Positions 1 through 12,815 of a stretch of 64,000 nt of DNA are shown here, piece by piece; the stretch's first letter is position 1, and each line of letters starts with the position of its first letter. A model generated the notes under the pieces. That model did not search any database. It was not told where the DNA came from and saw only the letters and a list, made by a program, of their open reading frames with translations. Source of the DNA: Heptranchias perlo (taxonomy: Eukaryota); contig NC_090352.1 of the NCBI RefSeq assembly GCF_035084215.1, positions 33,108,001 through 33,172,000 on the forward strand. Direction: 5' to 3'. The position numbers and the translations under genes are program-made.

Positions 1-2165
1 CACTCTCAAGACCAACCGTAACATCGTCATCAAACCAGCGGACAATGGAGGAGCCATCGTCAGACAGAGCAGAACGGACTATTGCTAAGAAGCATACCGA
101 CAACTGGACAACCAGGAACACTACAGACGGTTACCCGCAGATCCGACCAAAGAACACACCCACCAGCTCAACAAACTGATCAAGACCTTCGATCCAGACC
201 TTCAAAGCATCCTACGCACTCTCATCCCACGTCCTCCCCGCGTGGGAGACTTCTACTGCCTCCCAAAGATACACAAAGCCAACACACCCGGACGTCCTAT
301 CGTATCAGGCAACGGAACCCTGTGTGAGAACCTCTCTGGATACGTCGAGAGCATCCTGAAACCCATCGTACAGGGAACCCCCAGCTTCTGTCGCGACACT
401 AAATACTTCCTACAAAAACTCAGCACCCACGGACCAGTTGAACCAGGAACACTTCTCACCACGATGGACGTCTCGGCACTCTACACCAGTATCCCCCACG
501 ATGACGGCATCGCTGCAACAGCATCAATACTCAACACCAACAACAGCCAATCTTCAGACGCCATCCTACAACTCATCCGCTTCATCCTGGATCACAATGT
601 CTTCACCTTCGATAACCAGTTCTTTACCCAAACACACGGAACAGCCATGGGGACCAAATTTGCACCCCAATACGCCAACATTTTCATGCACAAGTTGGAG
701 CAGGGCTTCTTCGCTGCACAGGACCTCCAACCAACACTATACACCAGATACATCGATGACATTTTCTTTCTATGGACTCACGGCGAAGAATCACGAAAGA
801 GACTACACGATAACATCAACAAGTTCCATCCCACCATCAAGCTCACCATGGACTACTCCTCAGAATCGGTTTCTTTCTTGGACACACGAATCTCCATCAA
901 AGACGGGCACCTCAGCACCTCACTCTACCGCAAGCCCACGGACAACCTCACGATGCTCCACTTTTCCAGCTTCCACCATAACCACGTCAGAGGCCATCCC
1001 CTATGGACAGGCCCTGCGAATACACAGGATCTCCTCAGATGAGGAACGCGATGGACACCTACAGACGCTGAAAGACGCCCTAGTAAGAACGGGATATGAC
1101 GCTCGACTCGTCGATCGACAGTTCCGACGGGCCACAGCGAAAAATCGCATAGACCTCCTCAGAAGACTAACACGGGACGCAACCAACAAAGTACCCTTGG
1201 TCGTCCAGTACTTCCCCGGAGCGGAGAAACTACGCCATGTTCTCCGCAGCCTTCAACATGTCATCGATGACGACGAACACCTCGCTAAGGCCATCCCCAC
1301 ACCTCCACTACTCGCCTTCAAACAGCCACCCAACCTCAAACAGACCATCGTTCGCAGCAAATTACCCAGCTTTCAGGAGAACAGCGTCCACGACACCACA
1401 CAACCCTGCCACGGCAAACTCTGCAAGACATGCCAGATCATCGACACAGATACCAACATCACACGAGAGGACGCCACCCACCAGGTACATGGTTCATACT
1501 CCTGTGACTCGGCCAACGTTGTCTACCTCATGCGTTGCAGGAAAGGATGCTCCAGAGCATGGTACATTGGCGAGACCATGCAGACACTGCGACAACGGAT
1601 GAATGGATACCGCGCAACAATCGCCAGACAGGAGGGTTCCCTCCCAGTCAGGGAACACTTCAGCAGTCAAGGACATTCAGCCACCGATCTTCGGGTAAGC
1701 GTTCTCCGAGGCGGCCTTCGAGACACACGACAACGCAAAATCGTCGAGCAGAAGTTGATAGCTAAGTTCCGCACCCATGAGGACGGCCTCAACCGGGATC
1801 TTGGGTTCATGTCACGCTACATGTAACCCCACCAGCGAATAAAATTTATCTGTTTTTAATGCAACGGGTCATTTTCTGTCTTTCTCTTCCTTTCGGATGT
1901 TTCTCCCTCTCTCTGTGTTTTGTGTTCTGGCCGTTAGTATAGTCGGTGGTCCTGTCGGTAACGCCTCTCTGTCTGAAAACTTTAATTGCCTTGACAACGG
2001 GCAGTTGGAAAGATTATCTGTAATCACCAGGTATTGTTCTCTGAATATAAATGCGAAACGATGAAGGATTTCCACATTCACCTGACTAAGGAGAAAGCCT
2101 CCGAAAGCTTGTGATTTTCAAATAAAATTGTTGGACTATAACCTGGTGTTGTAAGATTCTGTACA
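1..2165 (+). mobile_element. Penelope-like retroelement (RT + GIY-YIG endonuclease), 5' end off-window, disabled by a stop at 86-88 and a frameshift near 988; 3' pLTR-like tail
   Basis: RT motifs FYCLPKIHK, GTAMGTKFAPQYANIFM and RYIDD are in ORF 242..1042. The GIY-YIG motif NVVYLMRC...WYIGETMQTLRQRMNGY and C-terminal GLNRDLGF are in ORF 438..1826. The frame switches at HHNHV/EAIPYGQALR. The tail 2070-2165 matches the palindrome at 15539-15734. Confidence 0.93.
2077..2115 (+). ncRNA. Minimal type I hammerhead ribozyme remnant in the Penelope pLTR (core mutated)
   Basis: TCAC-CTGACTA-A-GGAGA-AAG-CCTCC-GAAA-GCTT-GTGA. It matches the CUGANGA/stem II/GAAA architecture except G8>T at 2087 and one stem II mismatch. 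Confidence 0.6.
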
Positions 2166-2371
2166 CTAGAAATTGAAAACAAACCGTGAACAACATTGAA
2201 CAGAAACATTACCGTACATTACAGCAAATACAGACTTCACTATTAGAATCATAGCAACAGGAGAGCTTCCCCTGTTCTACCTTGGCATAAAATGAACCCA
2301 TGAAACTCTGGTCCTTCTTACCTGGTTATCAATTTCCAGGGACTAGCCTTCTACGCACAAGTATTGATTTG

Positions 2372-2530
2372 GCTCAGTTGATAGTACTGTGGCTTTGAAT
2401 CATCAGGTCATGGGTTCATGTTGCACTACAAATTTGAGCACATAATCTCAATTGACACTTCAGTGCTGCACTGAGGGACTGCTGCATTGTCAGAGGTGCT
2501 GCCTTCTGGATGAGGTGTTAAACTGAGATA
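2372..2530 (+). mobile_element. tRNA-headed SINE with Deu-domain (SacSINE1/AmnSINE1-like), partial
   Basis: A box-like GGCTCAGTTGATAG and B box-like GGGTTCATGTTGC, followed by CAGTGCTGCACTGAGGGACTGCTGCATTGTCAGAGGTGC...GATGAGGTGTTAAACTGAG, which resembles the recalled Deu-domain consensus. Confidence 0.7.
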
Positions 2531-5500
2531 TTTCATTAACCGAAGCCTTGACTTCTGTTTCATTTTTTTTGGTTAGATGACCTTGTAAAATAAATAGTTC
2601 TTAAATGTTATACTTTAGATACCAAAGCAAACAGTTTTGGAGTTCAAACTTTGTTTCTTTTTGGGCAAAGGGTTTTGAATGTTTTATTTAAGTAACTACT
2701 TTTGATCTTGAAAGAAGGTTAAATGAAATGCTGCAGTTTGTTGATAAGTGGTTCAGCTTCAAGTAAAACGCAAGAACCCACCTTGTTTTTAATGTGTTGT
2801 GTGAGCTGTCTGGAGATTTGTCTGTAGTGAATAAATGTTGACTTGTGTCCTGTGATTTCTCTACTATAATTTCTATAGTTCTCTACTTTGTAACTTTATA
2901 AATAATTGCATTGATTCTAAACCGCGATACAGTTGGACCATAACTCTTTCCTCTGTTCACCCTTTCCTCCCCCACCCCGTCTCCTTTCAGTGTATTAAAA
3001 CTTTATAAGGAAAATCAAGGACCTGAGAGACAATTTTCCCCTCATATTTATGCCTTTTAAAAGTGTTCCTTTACAAAAAAAAATGCACTGTTGTTAGAGA
3101 ATAGCATCCTCACCTTAAAATGATTTGAGTGGAGATAACTGAAAGCTGAGTGAGTTCAGCATGAGTACAGGCTGACTGCACTAAACTGACCTCCATTCTA
3201 AACCAGTAACCTATTCTAATTGATTGTGTTTGGACTATCTTTAAATATTTTGCTGTCGATATAAATGCTTAAACTGAGGATTATAGTGAACAAATGTACA
3301 TTCATTGAGTACTTTTGTTTGAATTTTAAAGTAACTACATTTATTGTTTAATAACATTGCAGTTGAGATAGTTTGGTAGTTTGTTTCTACAATGTAATTT
3401 CTGAAGTTCAGTTTTAATTTTTGCAATTTTTTTTACAAATCTCCTTGAGTACAGTCCAGGTTAAAACTCTTATTTGCAAACAAGCCATTTCAGTTGGGTT
3501 AACTAGCTATTTGTGAAGTTAAACTTTGGTGTTTCAGCAGTTCAGCTTGATCATCAATCATAGCTTTGCATATTTAGAATTAACTGTAGCCACATGTAAG
3601 TCAGACAGATGTCCCATGTAGATGGGGATCAACCTGTCCAAGTCTTGGAGCTTTCCGTTCAAAAAAATGCAGAGCTGCCTTTGAACTGTTGATTTCTAAA
3701 GGATGTACTTCCACTCTAAAAGCAAATGTATGACTGTGTGACATAAGGGAATAAATGATGCACTTGTTACCTCAGACAGACAGATCATTATTATATCAAT
3801 TGCTGCGCAGCGTGGCGGGATGTAGGTGTGCACCTACGATTCTGCTCATGGTATTTTACTGATATAATTTTGAGCTGTTGGATGTGGCGCAAATTATTTG
3901 GTGCTTAATCTGGATCGAGAATCAGCTTGCACCATTGCTGCATTATCCCTGGCCTCTGATTACAGGACACTATTGACAGAAACTTGGGAGCAAGTAATCT
4001 TCACAGCCTGTTGCCAGGGGAATGGTATGTAACCTAAAAATGGCAGAAAATGGGGAAACAACACTGCTTGTATTTGTATAGAGCTTTTAATGTGGAAAAA
4101 CATTAAAGGCATTTCACAGAGCAAATCAAAGTTGGACAGCTACAATAAGAAATGGTCTCTAATAGAGGACCAGTGTTTTAATTCCAGTTTTCATTAATGT
4201 ACTTCCTTGGCTGCTTTTGGGGTATGTTTTACTCTGGTGGAAGAGACAAAATTGGTAGAGAAGACTTTCTTTCATTTCAATTGTACCTCCTGCCAGTTGA
4301 CCAAGTGCCAGCATTGACTACCACGAGAAATCTTAAATAAAAGCAAAATGACATACAAAACAGGTCGTCTGCGTCTTAAAGGGGGAAAAAACAAGTTAAG
4401 CTCATGAGTAAGAAGAATAATGAGAATCTGCATTTTGGTGGTCGGGGGGGCGGTGATATAAGAAATTTGAAGAATTAAGGTTTTTGAATTGCACTTCCTT
4501 CCTAATCTCTCATTTGTGTTTCCATGTCATGTATTAACAATCTTTTGCTGATATCATCGACCGATCTTTACCCTCTTGCATATTCTCACGTAGTCAGACT
4601 CATGACAATGGTCAGCCGCTACTAATATCTTGTCAACTGCGCATTCATTTTCTTGATTTTGTACAGTGTAAGCAGGGCCGCCACTTTATGGTGACTGAAT
4701 AAGCAATTCAGCTTTTTATTACAACATCAAGCATTTATATATCTCGTTTAATGTAGTAAAACATCCCAAGGTGCTTTTTTAAGGAATCATGGGATTTTCA
4801 CTGGTGTATTGTTTGGGGGGCAGGGGTCGTCATTTTATAATTTGAGCAGCTAGATTATGGATGACGTGAATGTCAAATTCTGATATTTAATAGGATCCAA
4901 GGGTTTTTTTTTAAACTGATGTTTTGGGGATTATGTTCTGTGTTTTCAGCTATTTTTTTAACGAGGATCACAAACCAGTGACTTTGAGTGTGTGTCAAAA
5001 AGATGAGCATTGGCGATGCAGTGAAACCATCCCTGCAACTGATGAGCATATAATTTGCATGACTGGTTGGGGAAGATAGGAAACAGAGATATTACCAATG
5101 GAGTAGAGCAGCTTCCATTTACACAGTGCCACTCACCATTGCACCTTAAGATTCCTGTTTTCATTCAAGAACATTGAGGAAGAATTGGACCGATTGCTTT
5201 CCCTCAACGCCTGATAACTTACTGACATTTAGACAGTTAGATATAGAGATTATTCTGAAATGGAAACCATGGTTCCCAGTTTACGTTGAACAGTTGCTTG
5301 GAGTTCGCTTGAAAACTATGACTGGTAATTTGTCTCCTCTGCTGCAAAGTTTTAAAAACCTACGTGTGAATAAAGCAAATTAAACACACTATTGGCATTC
5401 TTTTGGCTCCCCCACCCTTTCTTTGCCCCCAAACATGAGTAAGGCTACCAAATCTTGCTCCCAGCCTTTTTGTATTAAGTTTTAAATTACAATGCTTGTC

Positions 5501-7268
5501 ATTTTCATGAAATAATTTTCAGAATTCAGAGTTGAGGTCACCCCACGTTCTAATTACTGAAACCATTCCTTTGAAAATATTGTTTGAAGAAAGTTAACAA
5601 AGTTTAAATGTTGAAAACCACATCACATAGCGTTAACCTAATTAGTGCACAGACAGCCTCTAGCTGCAATGGAGCCATGTTGTAGCACTAAACTGACCTT
5701 TAAGCACTTAATTAACTTTGCCTGTTTCTTTTCACAATCTTTGAATGGCCTAATGAAATTAAGTTATGAAGATGGGTTCAATAAGATTTTAATCCACGAG
5801 TTACTTAATTGGCCATTTTCATGGTATATATCATATTCTGCGAGTCTTCATTAGGTATCCTCTATCTGTTATCTGCAGTGTGCATCTTATAATCTAACAT
5901 GTTGACTCACCATCACCAAAAAACGCTCAACTGAAGTTGTGGAGGGAATATGTTTCCAATATCCTATGAAATCCTCTGTGACAAGATACAAGAAGTCCAC
6001 AAGTGGTTCAGTGATCTCTCCTCTTCCCCTTGATATTGGGAGGGTGTCTGCATATTTGCATGAGGAATAGCAGATGTGAATGAACTTTGAGCAGGTTTAA
6101 TATGTTGCAGAATTGGTCTGCTAGTATGCTTGGTGATCCCCTGTAGTTTTAAGACATTTAACTCAACGCAGTGGTTTTGGCTTCAAGGAGTTAGTGTTCC
6201 TTTTGTTTGCTATACCAAGTGTTCATATGTTAACAGATCTATCGAACCTGACGATAAAGGAGTATGAAGTACTTCACCTCTTTTCCCTGCCCCCCCCCCC
6301 TCCTCCAAAAAAAAATCCGAGAACAAACAGTAACAAAACCTCCTATCTGCAGAGGGAGTTTTCTTTTGGCTTTTCCTCGATTTTGCATTTCATGTTTCCA
6401 CACGACTGATGGGAATGTTTCCAGCGGTATTCGGAGGCTGATATCTGAATTAATCCTAGATGTCAATTGAAAGGCATCTGGCTCAAACACCTTTCCACCA
6501 AGCTGGAGAACTGATCCAGATGCTAATCTTCTGGATTTCCAGTGGAGCGGCTCGCAGCTATGCTAAATCCTAAAATTTTGGGTGGTCTGTGGGATGGAGA
6601 TCACGGATATTTTTCTTACTTTCTCGATTATTTTCCAACTTCTTAAACAACTTCTGCCTCCACCCACCTTTTAGCTTTTCCTTCCTGTTTCTAGCCTGCT
6701 CTAACCCCACCTCTAATCAATCCAACTGCTCTTCTCTCTCGCTTTCTCTTTCCCCCCCCGCCCCAAAAAAAAAGTTTGAAATTGACCAAACTCACGAGTA
6801 GTAATGCTGGAAAATTGGTTCCAGGTGATTTTGGGCAGTGTCTGTTTTTTTTCACATTTTTCTCTGTTGTTAATCGAATGTTACCATTTATAGCTGTGAC
6901 ATAACTCAGTGAAGTCCTCAGTGCTCCTGATATTTTACCTTTGAATTATCTCATCCTTGAACTGATTCTAAAGACGTCCATGTTTTAAAACAAAATTTGT
7001 GTGGTTATTTTGAAAGTCTGCATTTTCTCCACCTCCACACTCGTTCCCACCACACCATTCTCTCGTGTGAGCTGGGGACAAACCAGATCCCTTCTGTGGC
7101 ACTTGTAACTCTTTCGAATTTTAACTGATAGAAGCATAACCTCTGCAGACCAACAAACTGAACATTATCTTTTTATTCCTGTCACTGAACAGCTCTTCAA
7201 AAAGGCATTTAATTTTATTTTTAATTGCAATGTTATTAACATAACATTCTGCTTTTTCTTCCCTGCAG

Positions 7269-7427
7269 GTTGTCAGCCAGCGTTTTCCCCAGAACAGTAT
7301 AGGTGCAGTGGGAAGTGCTATGTTCTTAAGATTCATCAATCCTGCTATAGTGTCTCCCTATGAAGCAGGAATCCTTGATAAGAAACCTCCACCTAGAATT
7401 GAACGGGGATTAAAGTTGATGTCAAAG
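7269..7427 (+). CDS. NF1: Neurofibromin exon (legacy exon 24), RasGAP domain with FLR motif
   Basis: ccctgcag|GTT...AAG|gtaaaa; 159 nt; VVSQRFPQNSIGAVGSAMFLRFINPAIVSPYEAGILDKKPPPRIERGLKLMSK. Confidence 0.98.
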
Positions 7428-7509
7428 GTAAAAATTTTAACATGTAAGGGACTATTTCCCCCCCCCCCCCCCCCCACCCCCAACCAAGACACCTAAGCAA
7501 ATTTATCCA

Positions 7510-7790
7510 GTGAGTAGCTGAGCCATACAGACCAAAAAGATTCCAGATTCGACCCCTGATGTGTGCTGAATATTCTGATCTCAGCTGGGGCAGTGATGGG
7601 AGTGCTACAATTGGCCTCAGTGTCTGGGGTCAGGGAAGGAAAAACTGGCCAGGGTTCCCACTCCTCACCTTACAGAAATCCCTGCTCGAAGTGCAAATAT
7701 GTCAGGTGAGTACAGGATCAGGCTTGGCTACCATGGGGCTTCCACTCCAAGGTCGACTAATCTAACACTCATTGAAAAATGATCATTTGG
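7510..7790 (+). mobile_element. Old shark SINE-like repeat (family with several copies in the window)
   Basis: GAGCCATACAGACC...GATCTCAGCTGGGGCAG...GCTACAATTGGCCTCAG...GCCAGGGTTCCCACTCCT...AGGATCAGGCTTGGCT. Related copies at about 11840-12180(-), 14160-14345(-), 15760-16000(-), 27180-27540(-), 48365-48710(+) and 55900-56180(-). Confidence 0.65.
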
Positions 7791-8458
7791 GTCTCTGCAC
7801 ATATGGCTTTATTTCTACTCTTGGCCATAATTCATTCTGTTACTTATCACTTCTGACACTCGTCACAGGAATTATCTCCTGCTGAGGGGTTTTCACTCTT
7901 GTAAACAAAGTGGTCCTGAGGGCGATAATGGGACTGAAGTATAATCATTAAATTTGTAAGCAACATTTAGTGGCTGAAAGAAGATGCAACACCAGTGTTC
8001 AAATGCTTGGTCCATTCTGGGTTTACCAAAATGTTCAACACTGTAAAAGGATTCTTCTCTTCACTCTGATCTGCTTGAAGCTAACTTTGGTTCCTGGTGT
8101 TCAAGTGTCAATGACGTATTCCTCTCCTTGTTTTGACACTTCACAGCAATTTGCCATTCTTGCTGCTGAGATGCTAAATGGTAAAGTTCAGTGAAAAGAA
8201 ATGAGGGTTCTGGCCCAGACCTATGTTTATGTTGCATTGCTGAGGTGCAATGAATGTGGAATTCATATCACACTTAACTTTGGGAGTCCTGGATGTTACC
8301 ACTAAGGTCAAATAAATGTTCAGTCCAAGTCTATCTCACTTCATCCCAGCATGTAACCAGATGCATGTCCGTCAGGTAAATTGGGATGAGCTTGTGGCTC
8401 GTCCTCTTGGTTTATAAACATAAATCATTGATGTGTGTACTAATTCTGTTTTTCCCAG

Positions 8459-8556
8459 ATTCTACAAAGTATTGCAAATCATGTCCTGTTTACAAAAGAA
8501 GAGCATATGAGGCCATTCAACGATTTTGTTAGAAACAATTTTGATGCTGCACGAAG
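8459..8556 (+). CDS. NF1: Neurofibromin exon (legacy exon 25)
   Basis: tttcccag|ATT...CGAAG|gtatct; 98 nt; ILQSIANHVLFTKEEHMRPFNDFVRNNFDAAR(R). Confidence 0.98.
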
Positions 8557-9989
8557 GTATCTAATGATTTCTTGCTTTTATTGATGAGGTGAATTTTTAA
8601 AAATCATGTTTTTGAAAACGTGAATTGTTTTTTGTTCTGCTGAGAGTATGATCCTACACAGCAGAACTGGGCAAAAATTATTCCTTTTGGGTGTAATGCA
8701 CATGCTATTAATAAATGGAATGCTTAATGAAGATTCAGCGTTTTGTTCAGGGTTGCTGTGAATGCAAAAAATGAATTTTTCCAGCATTTCATATTTGTTC
8801 CCTGCCCACCGCACTCATGTAGCTTTAATAGTTTAGTTTTCAGAAGTGTCTTTGATACTTTTTTAGCCACTTCAAAAAATCTCAACTATGCAGCTACATT
8901 TCTGTAGCAGCTTAGTATTTCTTCCTCCAACCTATTTTCTGCATAGGGAGTCCTCTCCCCTGTGTCGCTGGTTGCCTGTGTTTTATTCAGGGGCCTGTTG
9001 CTTTCGACTGTGGCCCTCAAGGGCTTCTTTTCGGAACAGCTCTTGCTGTCGTACTGGGAATAAGCTTCTCAGGTGCTGCTCCATTGTGTTCTCTGATTAT
9101 TGATTTTTCTTATTACATGAGAGAGCAATGGGCATCTGAATGAGGGAGAGCTTTGTCGCAAGTGGGAAAGGGAAGTTATTTCCTGTTTGTTCCTTGCTGC
9201 TGGACTGTATTTATTTTAAAAATATATTTTTTAAAAAAAGCTTTGAAATATTTGATTGTTTCAATCACCAGTGTTGTATATTGTTTCCTGAATTTAAACA
9301 TTTAGTTATTTCTAGAAGTAAGAAAATTGTGAAGCTGGCAGTTTCAATTAATTTACTTTATTAGATAGCAATTTTAGAATTTATCACTCCACATGTAACG
9401 TGCAAAATGCAAGCACAGCAAACCCATGGGTTACTTTAGAACAGCTCCGTACATCAGGCTGTATCAATGAAAGAAAGCAGAAACTTTGGCAATCCACTTT
9501 GCAGTCCAGAAGTTGGATTGGAATTTGACCAGAGCTACAGGGAAAGATCGTTAACTGAAGTCACAGAGGGGAATTCCAGAGAGACGATCAGGCAAAGTGG
9601 ATGTCCATGTCCTTCTGTAAACATCTCCATCCTTGCCGTTGCTGTGGGAAAGGGGAATATTAAGGGTAATGGGGAGCAAACCGAAAAATGGTTGGTATTG
9701 GATTTGGGTGGTGAAGTGGAGGAAAACCTTGGTACAAACTTGATGGGCTGTTTTTGTGCTGTAACATTCTATGACTCCCACACCTTACACTCCTCTCTCT
9801 CAACTATCAGGACTGAGATTGGAAACTCATTGTGCATGTGATTTATCTGATCTTCCCATTTGGGTATGTTTTGGTGTAATGCTTTTCTGAAACTATATAA
9901 AAGACCTTTTTGTATTTTCTTCCTCCTCCTTTTCCCCCCCCCCCCCCCCCACCCACCCACCCATGTCACCTCACCGCACCCTTCGGAAG

Positions 9990-10136
9990 GTTTTTTCTGG
10001 ACATAGCATCTGACTGCCCAGCCAGTGACACAGTAAATCACAGCCTTTCGTTCATCAGTGATGGGAATGTTCTCGCTTTGCACAGGTTACTGTGGAACAA
10101 TCAGGAGAAAATCGGGCAGTACCTCTCCAGTAACCG
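9990..10136 (+). CDS. NF1: Neurofibromin exon (legacy exon 26)
   Basis: cggaag|G TTT...AAC CG|gtatgt; 147 nt; FFLDIASDCPASDTVNHSLSFISDGNVLALHRLLWNNQEKIGQYLSSN(R); phase 2 at both ends. Confidence 0.97.
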
Positions 10137-10909
10137 GTATGTGCGAGACTATATTTCATTTCGTTAACCATTTGCATTCAGTGAATCATTTTTTTTTGTG
10201 TCCCTCGCCAAATTTAATAGGAAAGTTATGAACACAATAGTTTTATTCCAACAGTGTCGGCTAAATACAATTTGCTTTTCTTTTTCAAATTACCATTCGG
10301 AAAATGCTAGATGATCTCCCGTGGCGTTGCACAACCAAGCATAGTCTCTCGGTGAAGCGGGGTTAAAGGTCGGGACAATTCGACCAGAGTGTGCAGATGT
10401 TATTCAGACCCCATTGTAAAGCTATACATTGTCATTTTTATATATTTCTATTGTAAATACTTATGTCCACATTTATAATTGCCTATCTAAATTTGTCTCA
10501 GTAATTAAACCCTCCTGGTGGTACACTCTACTGGAGAGAGGGTGTAATTACAACATGACAAGTTTATACATATGGGCATCGGAATTGATAATTGAAGAAG
10601 TTGATAGGAAATGTGCACAGATGTAAGATTTTTAATGTATTAAATAATAGATTGTAATTAATGGCAAAATTAATGCAATTTTTTGAGTTTAACTTGATGC
10701 ATATTGCCATTGAAATATGTTTTAACGAAGGAATGTAAACCCCTTAGTATTAAGTGTGCATGATGGACAGTATGTTGTCATATTGGTAAGACACTATATT
10801 GCAGGAGCAGTTTCTAATGCTTGAATCCTTAATATTAAATGGCATTCCAATTTCACACTGATTTTTACTGTACACGTACCAATGGAATGCTTTTATCGGA
10901 TATCCATAG

Positions 10910-11056
10910 GGACCATAAAGCTGTAGGCAGAAGACCATTTGACAAGATGGCTACCTTGTTAGCCTACCTAGGGCCTCCTGAGCACAAGCCTGTAGCTGAC
11001 ACTCATTGGTCCAGCCTCAACCTCACCAGCTCCAAGTTTGAGGAATTCATGACTAG
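10910..11056 (+). CDS. NF1: Neurofibromin exon (legacy exon 27a)
   Basis: ccatag|G GAC...ACT AG|gtaagc; 147 nt; DHKAVGRRPFDKMATLLAYLGPPEHKPVADTHWSSLNLTSSKFEEFMT(R). Confidence 0.98.
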
Positions 11057-11129
11057 GTAAGCAACCATGTACGTATTTTTCAGAGAGACTGGAAACTTGA
11101 AGCTTTCTAACTGAACAGTTTTTTTTAAA

Positions 11130-11608
11130 TGCTTGAGCTCATCCAAAACTCTGCTGCCATATTCTAACTGGCACCAAGTCCCGTTCACCCATCACCCCTG
11201 TGTTCACTGACCTACATTGGCTCCCGGTTTGGGAATGCCTCAATTTTAAAATTCTCATCCTTGTTTTCAAATCCCTCCATGGCCTTGCTATCTCTGGCCT
11301 CTGGCCTATCTCTGTAACCCCCTCCAGCCCTATAACCCTCAGATCTCTGTGCTCCTCCAATTCTTGCCTCATGCGTATCCTCAATTTTAATCGCTCTACC
11401 ATTGGCAGCCATGCCTTCATCTGCCTCGGCCCTAATTCTCTCCCTAAACCTCTTCGTCTCTCTACCTCTCTCTTCTCCTTTAAGACATCTAAGTCCTAAT
11501 ATCTCCTTACGTGGCTCGGTGTCAAATTTTGTTTGATAACACTCCTGTAAAACGCCTTGGAACGTTTTACTATGTTAAATGCGCTATATAAATGCAAGTT
11601 ATTGATGT
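11130..11608 (+). mobile_element. L2-type LINE 3' fragment
   Basis: ORF 11200..11499 (DLHWLPVWECLNFKILILVFKSLHGL) plus the tail CGCCTTGGAACGTTTTACTATGTTAAATGCGCTATATAAATGCAAGT; same family as 56965-58135. Confidence 0.85.
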
Positions 11609-11839
11609 ATTTAACTGGTGTCATTTATATATTTGGACCCAACATTTGTGTGGAAGTAGAAATACCAATGAACTGAGAATACTCTTCAAACCGATTCTTG
11701 GAGCGTGATCAGATCTTCTCATTTGTATCAGTTTTCTTTGCAAAATAGGCATGCTGGAAATTGAGTCCACAAACGCTCTCAACTAACATTTACGTCACCT
11801 GAGTTGCTGTTTGTTTTTCATTTTTCCTTCCATTTTCTG

Positions 11840-12180
11840 ACTGCATTGACTGATGCTTGAAGTATGGTTCCACAAGTGCCAGCGACCCACCAATACTTCA
11901 TTCAGGTGCTTGTGGCTTTGTACGTGAGTCATGATGCCATCACAGCCAAGCCTGATATCATCCTCAACCAGCGGCCATGCATAACTGATCAGGAGTCGGA
12001 ATCCTGGCTGATTTATTTTGCTCTCTTTACTTTTTCCCCAAGCCCAGGGGCAGCATACTGCTCCACTGTGGCTCCAGTTGAGATCTGCTGGTTCAGCACA
12101 AACTGGGCATTGAACCTCTACTTTCCTGTTCTATATGGCTTAGTGCCAGCACTGGATGGTGCATTTATCCACTAAGCCTT
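11840..12180 (-). mobile_element. Shark SINE-like repeat copy
   Basis: Reverse-complement similarity to 7510-7790 (CACAGCCAAGCCTGAT...GATCAGGAGTCGGAATCCTGGCTGATTT...GAGATCTGCTGGTTCAGCACA). Confidence 0.6.
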
Positions 12181-12182
12181 GA

Positions 12183-12479
<297 letters not shown>

Positions 12480-12548
12480 TAGGATTCATTTTAGGTTACT
12501 CTGTGTTACAGCTCTTGTTGCAATGAATGAACTGCTGTGGGATGTGTG

Positions 12549-12815
12549 TAGGGTTACCAACTCTGGTTGGACGTATTCCTGGATGTTTCATTACATGACC
12601 TCCCACCTCCAACTACCCGTGCCCTGCTCAAAGAGCCTTTTTCCCATCTCCAATATTTTTTATAACTACTAAATGAAAATGTTTAAAGAAATTGAAAAAT
12701 AAACTTTTTTTAATGCCTGTATGATTTTTCTCCTGGGTTGCTTGCATCAGTATCCAGGAGATTAATCTTCAATTCCTGGAAACTCCAGGGCAATCCTGGA
12801 GGGTTGGCAACCCAA
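12549..12815. mobile_element. hAT (Tip100-like) non-autonomous DNA transposon / MITE
   Basis: TIRs TAGGGTTACCAAC ... GTTGGCAACCCAA; 8-bp TSD GATGTGTG (12541-12548) / AATGTGTG (12816-12823). Confidence 0.8.

Noticed and set aside
2941-3020. Strong polypyrimidine tract plus CAG at 2988-2990 as a possible NF1 exon
   Set aside because: The phase-0 frame hits TAA after five codons, there is no NF1 similarity and no convincing donor follows.
2166-7268. NF1 alternative exon 23a (ATCHSLLNKATVKEKKENKKS-like, 63 nt)
   Set aside because: No matching sequence was found by eye. It may lie upstream of the window, so its absence cannot be claimed.
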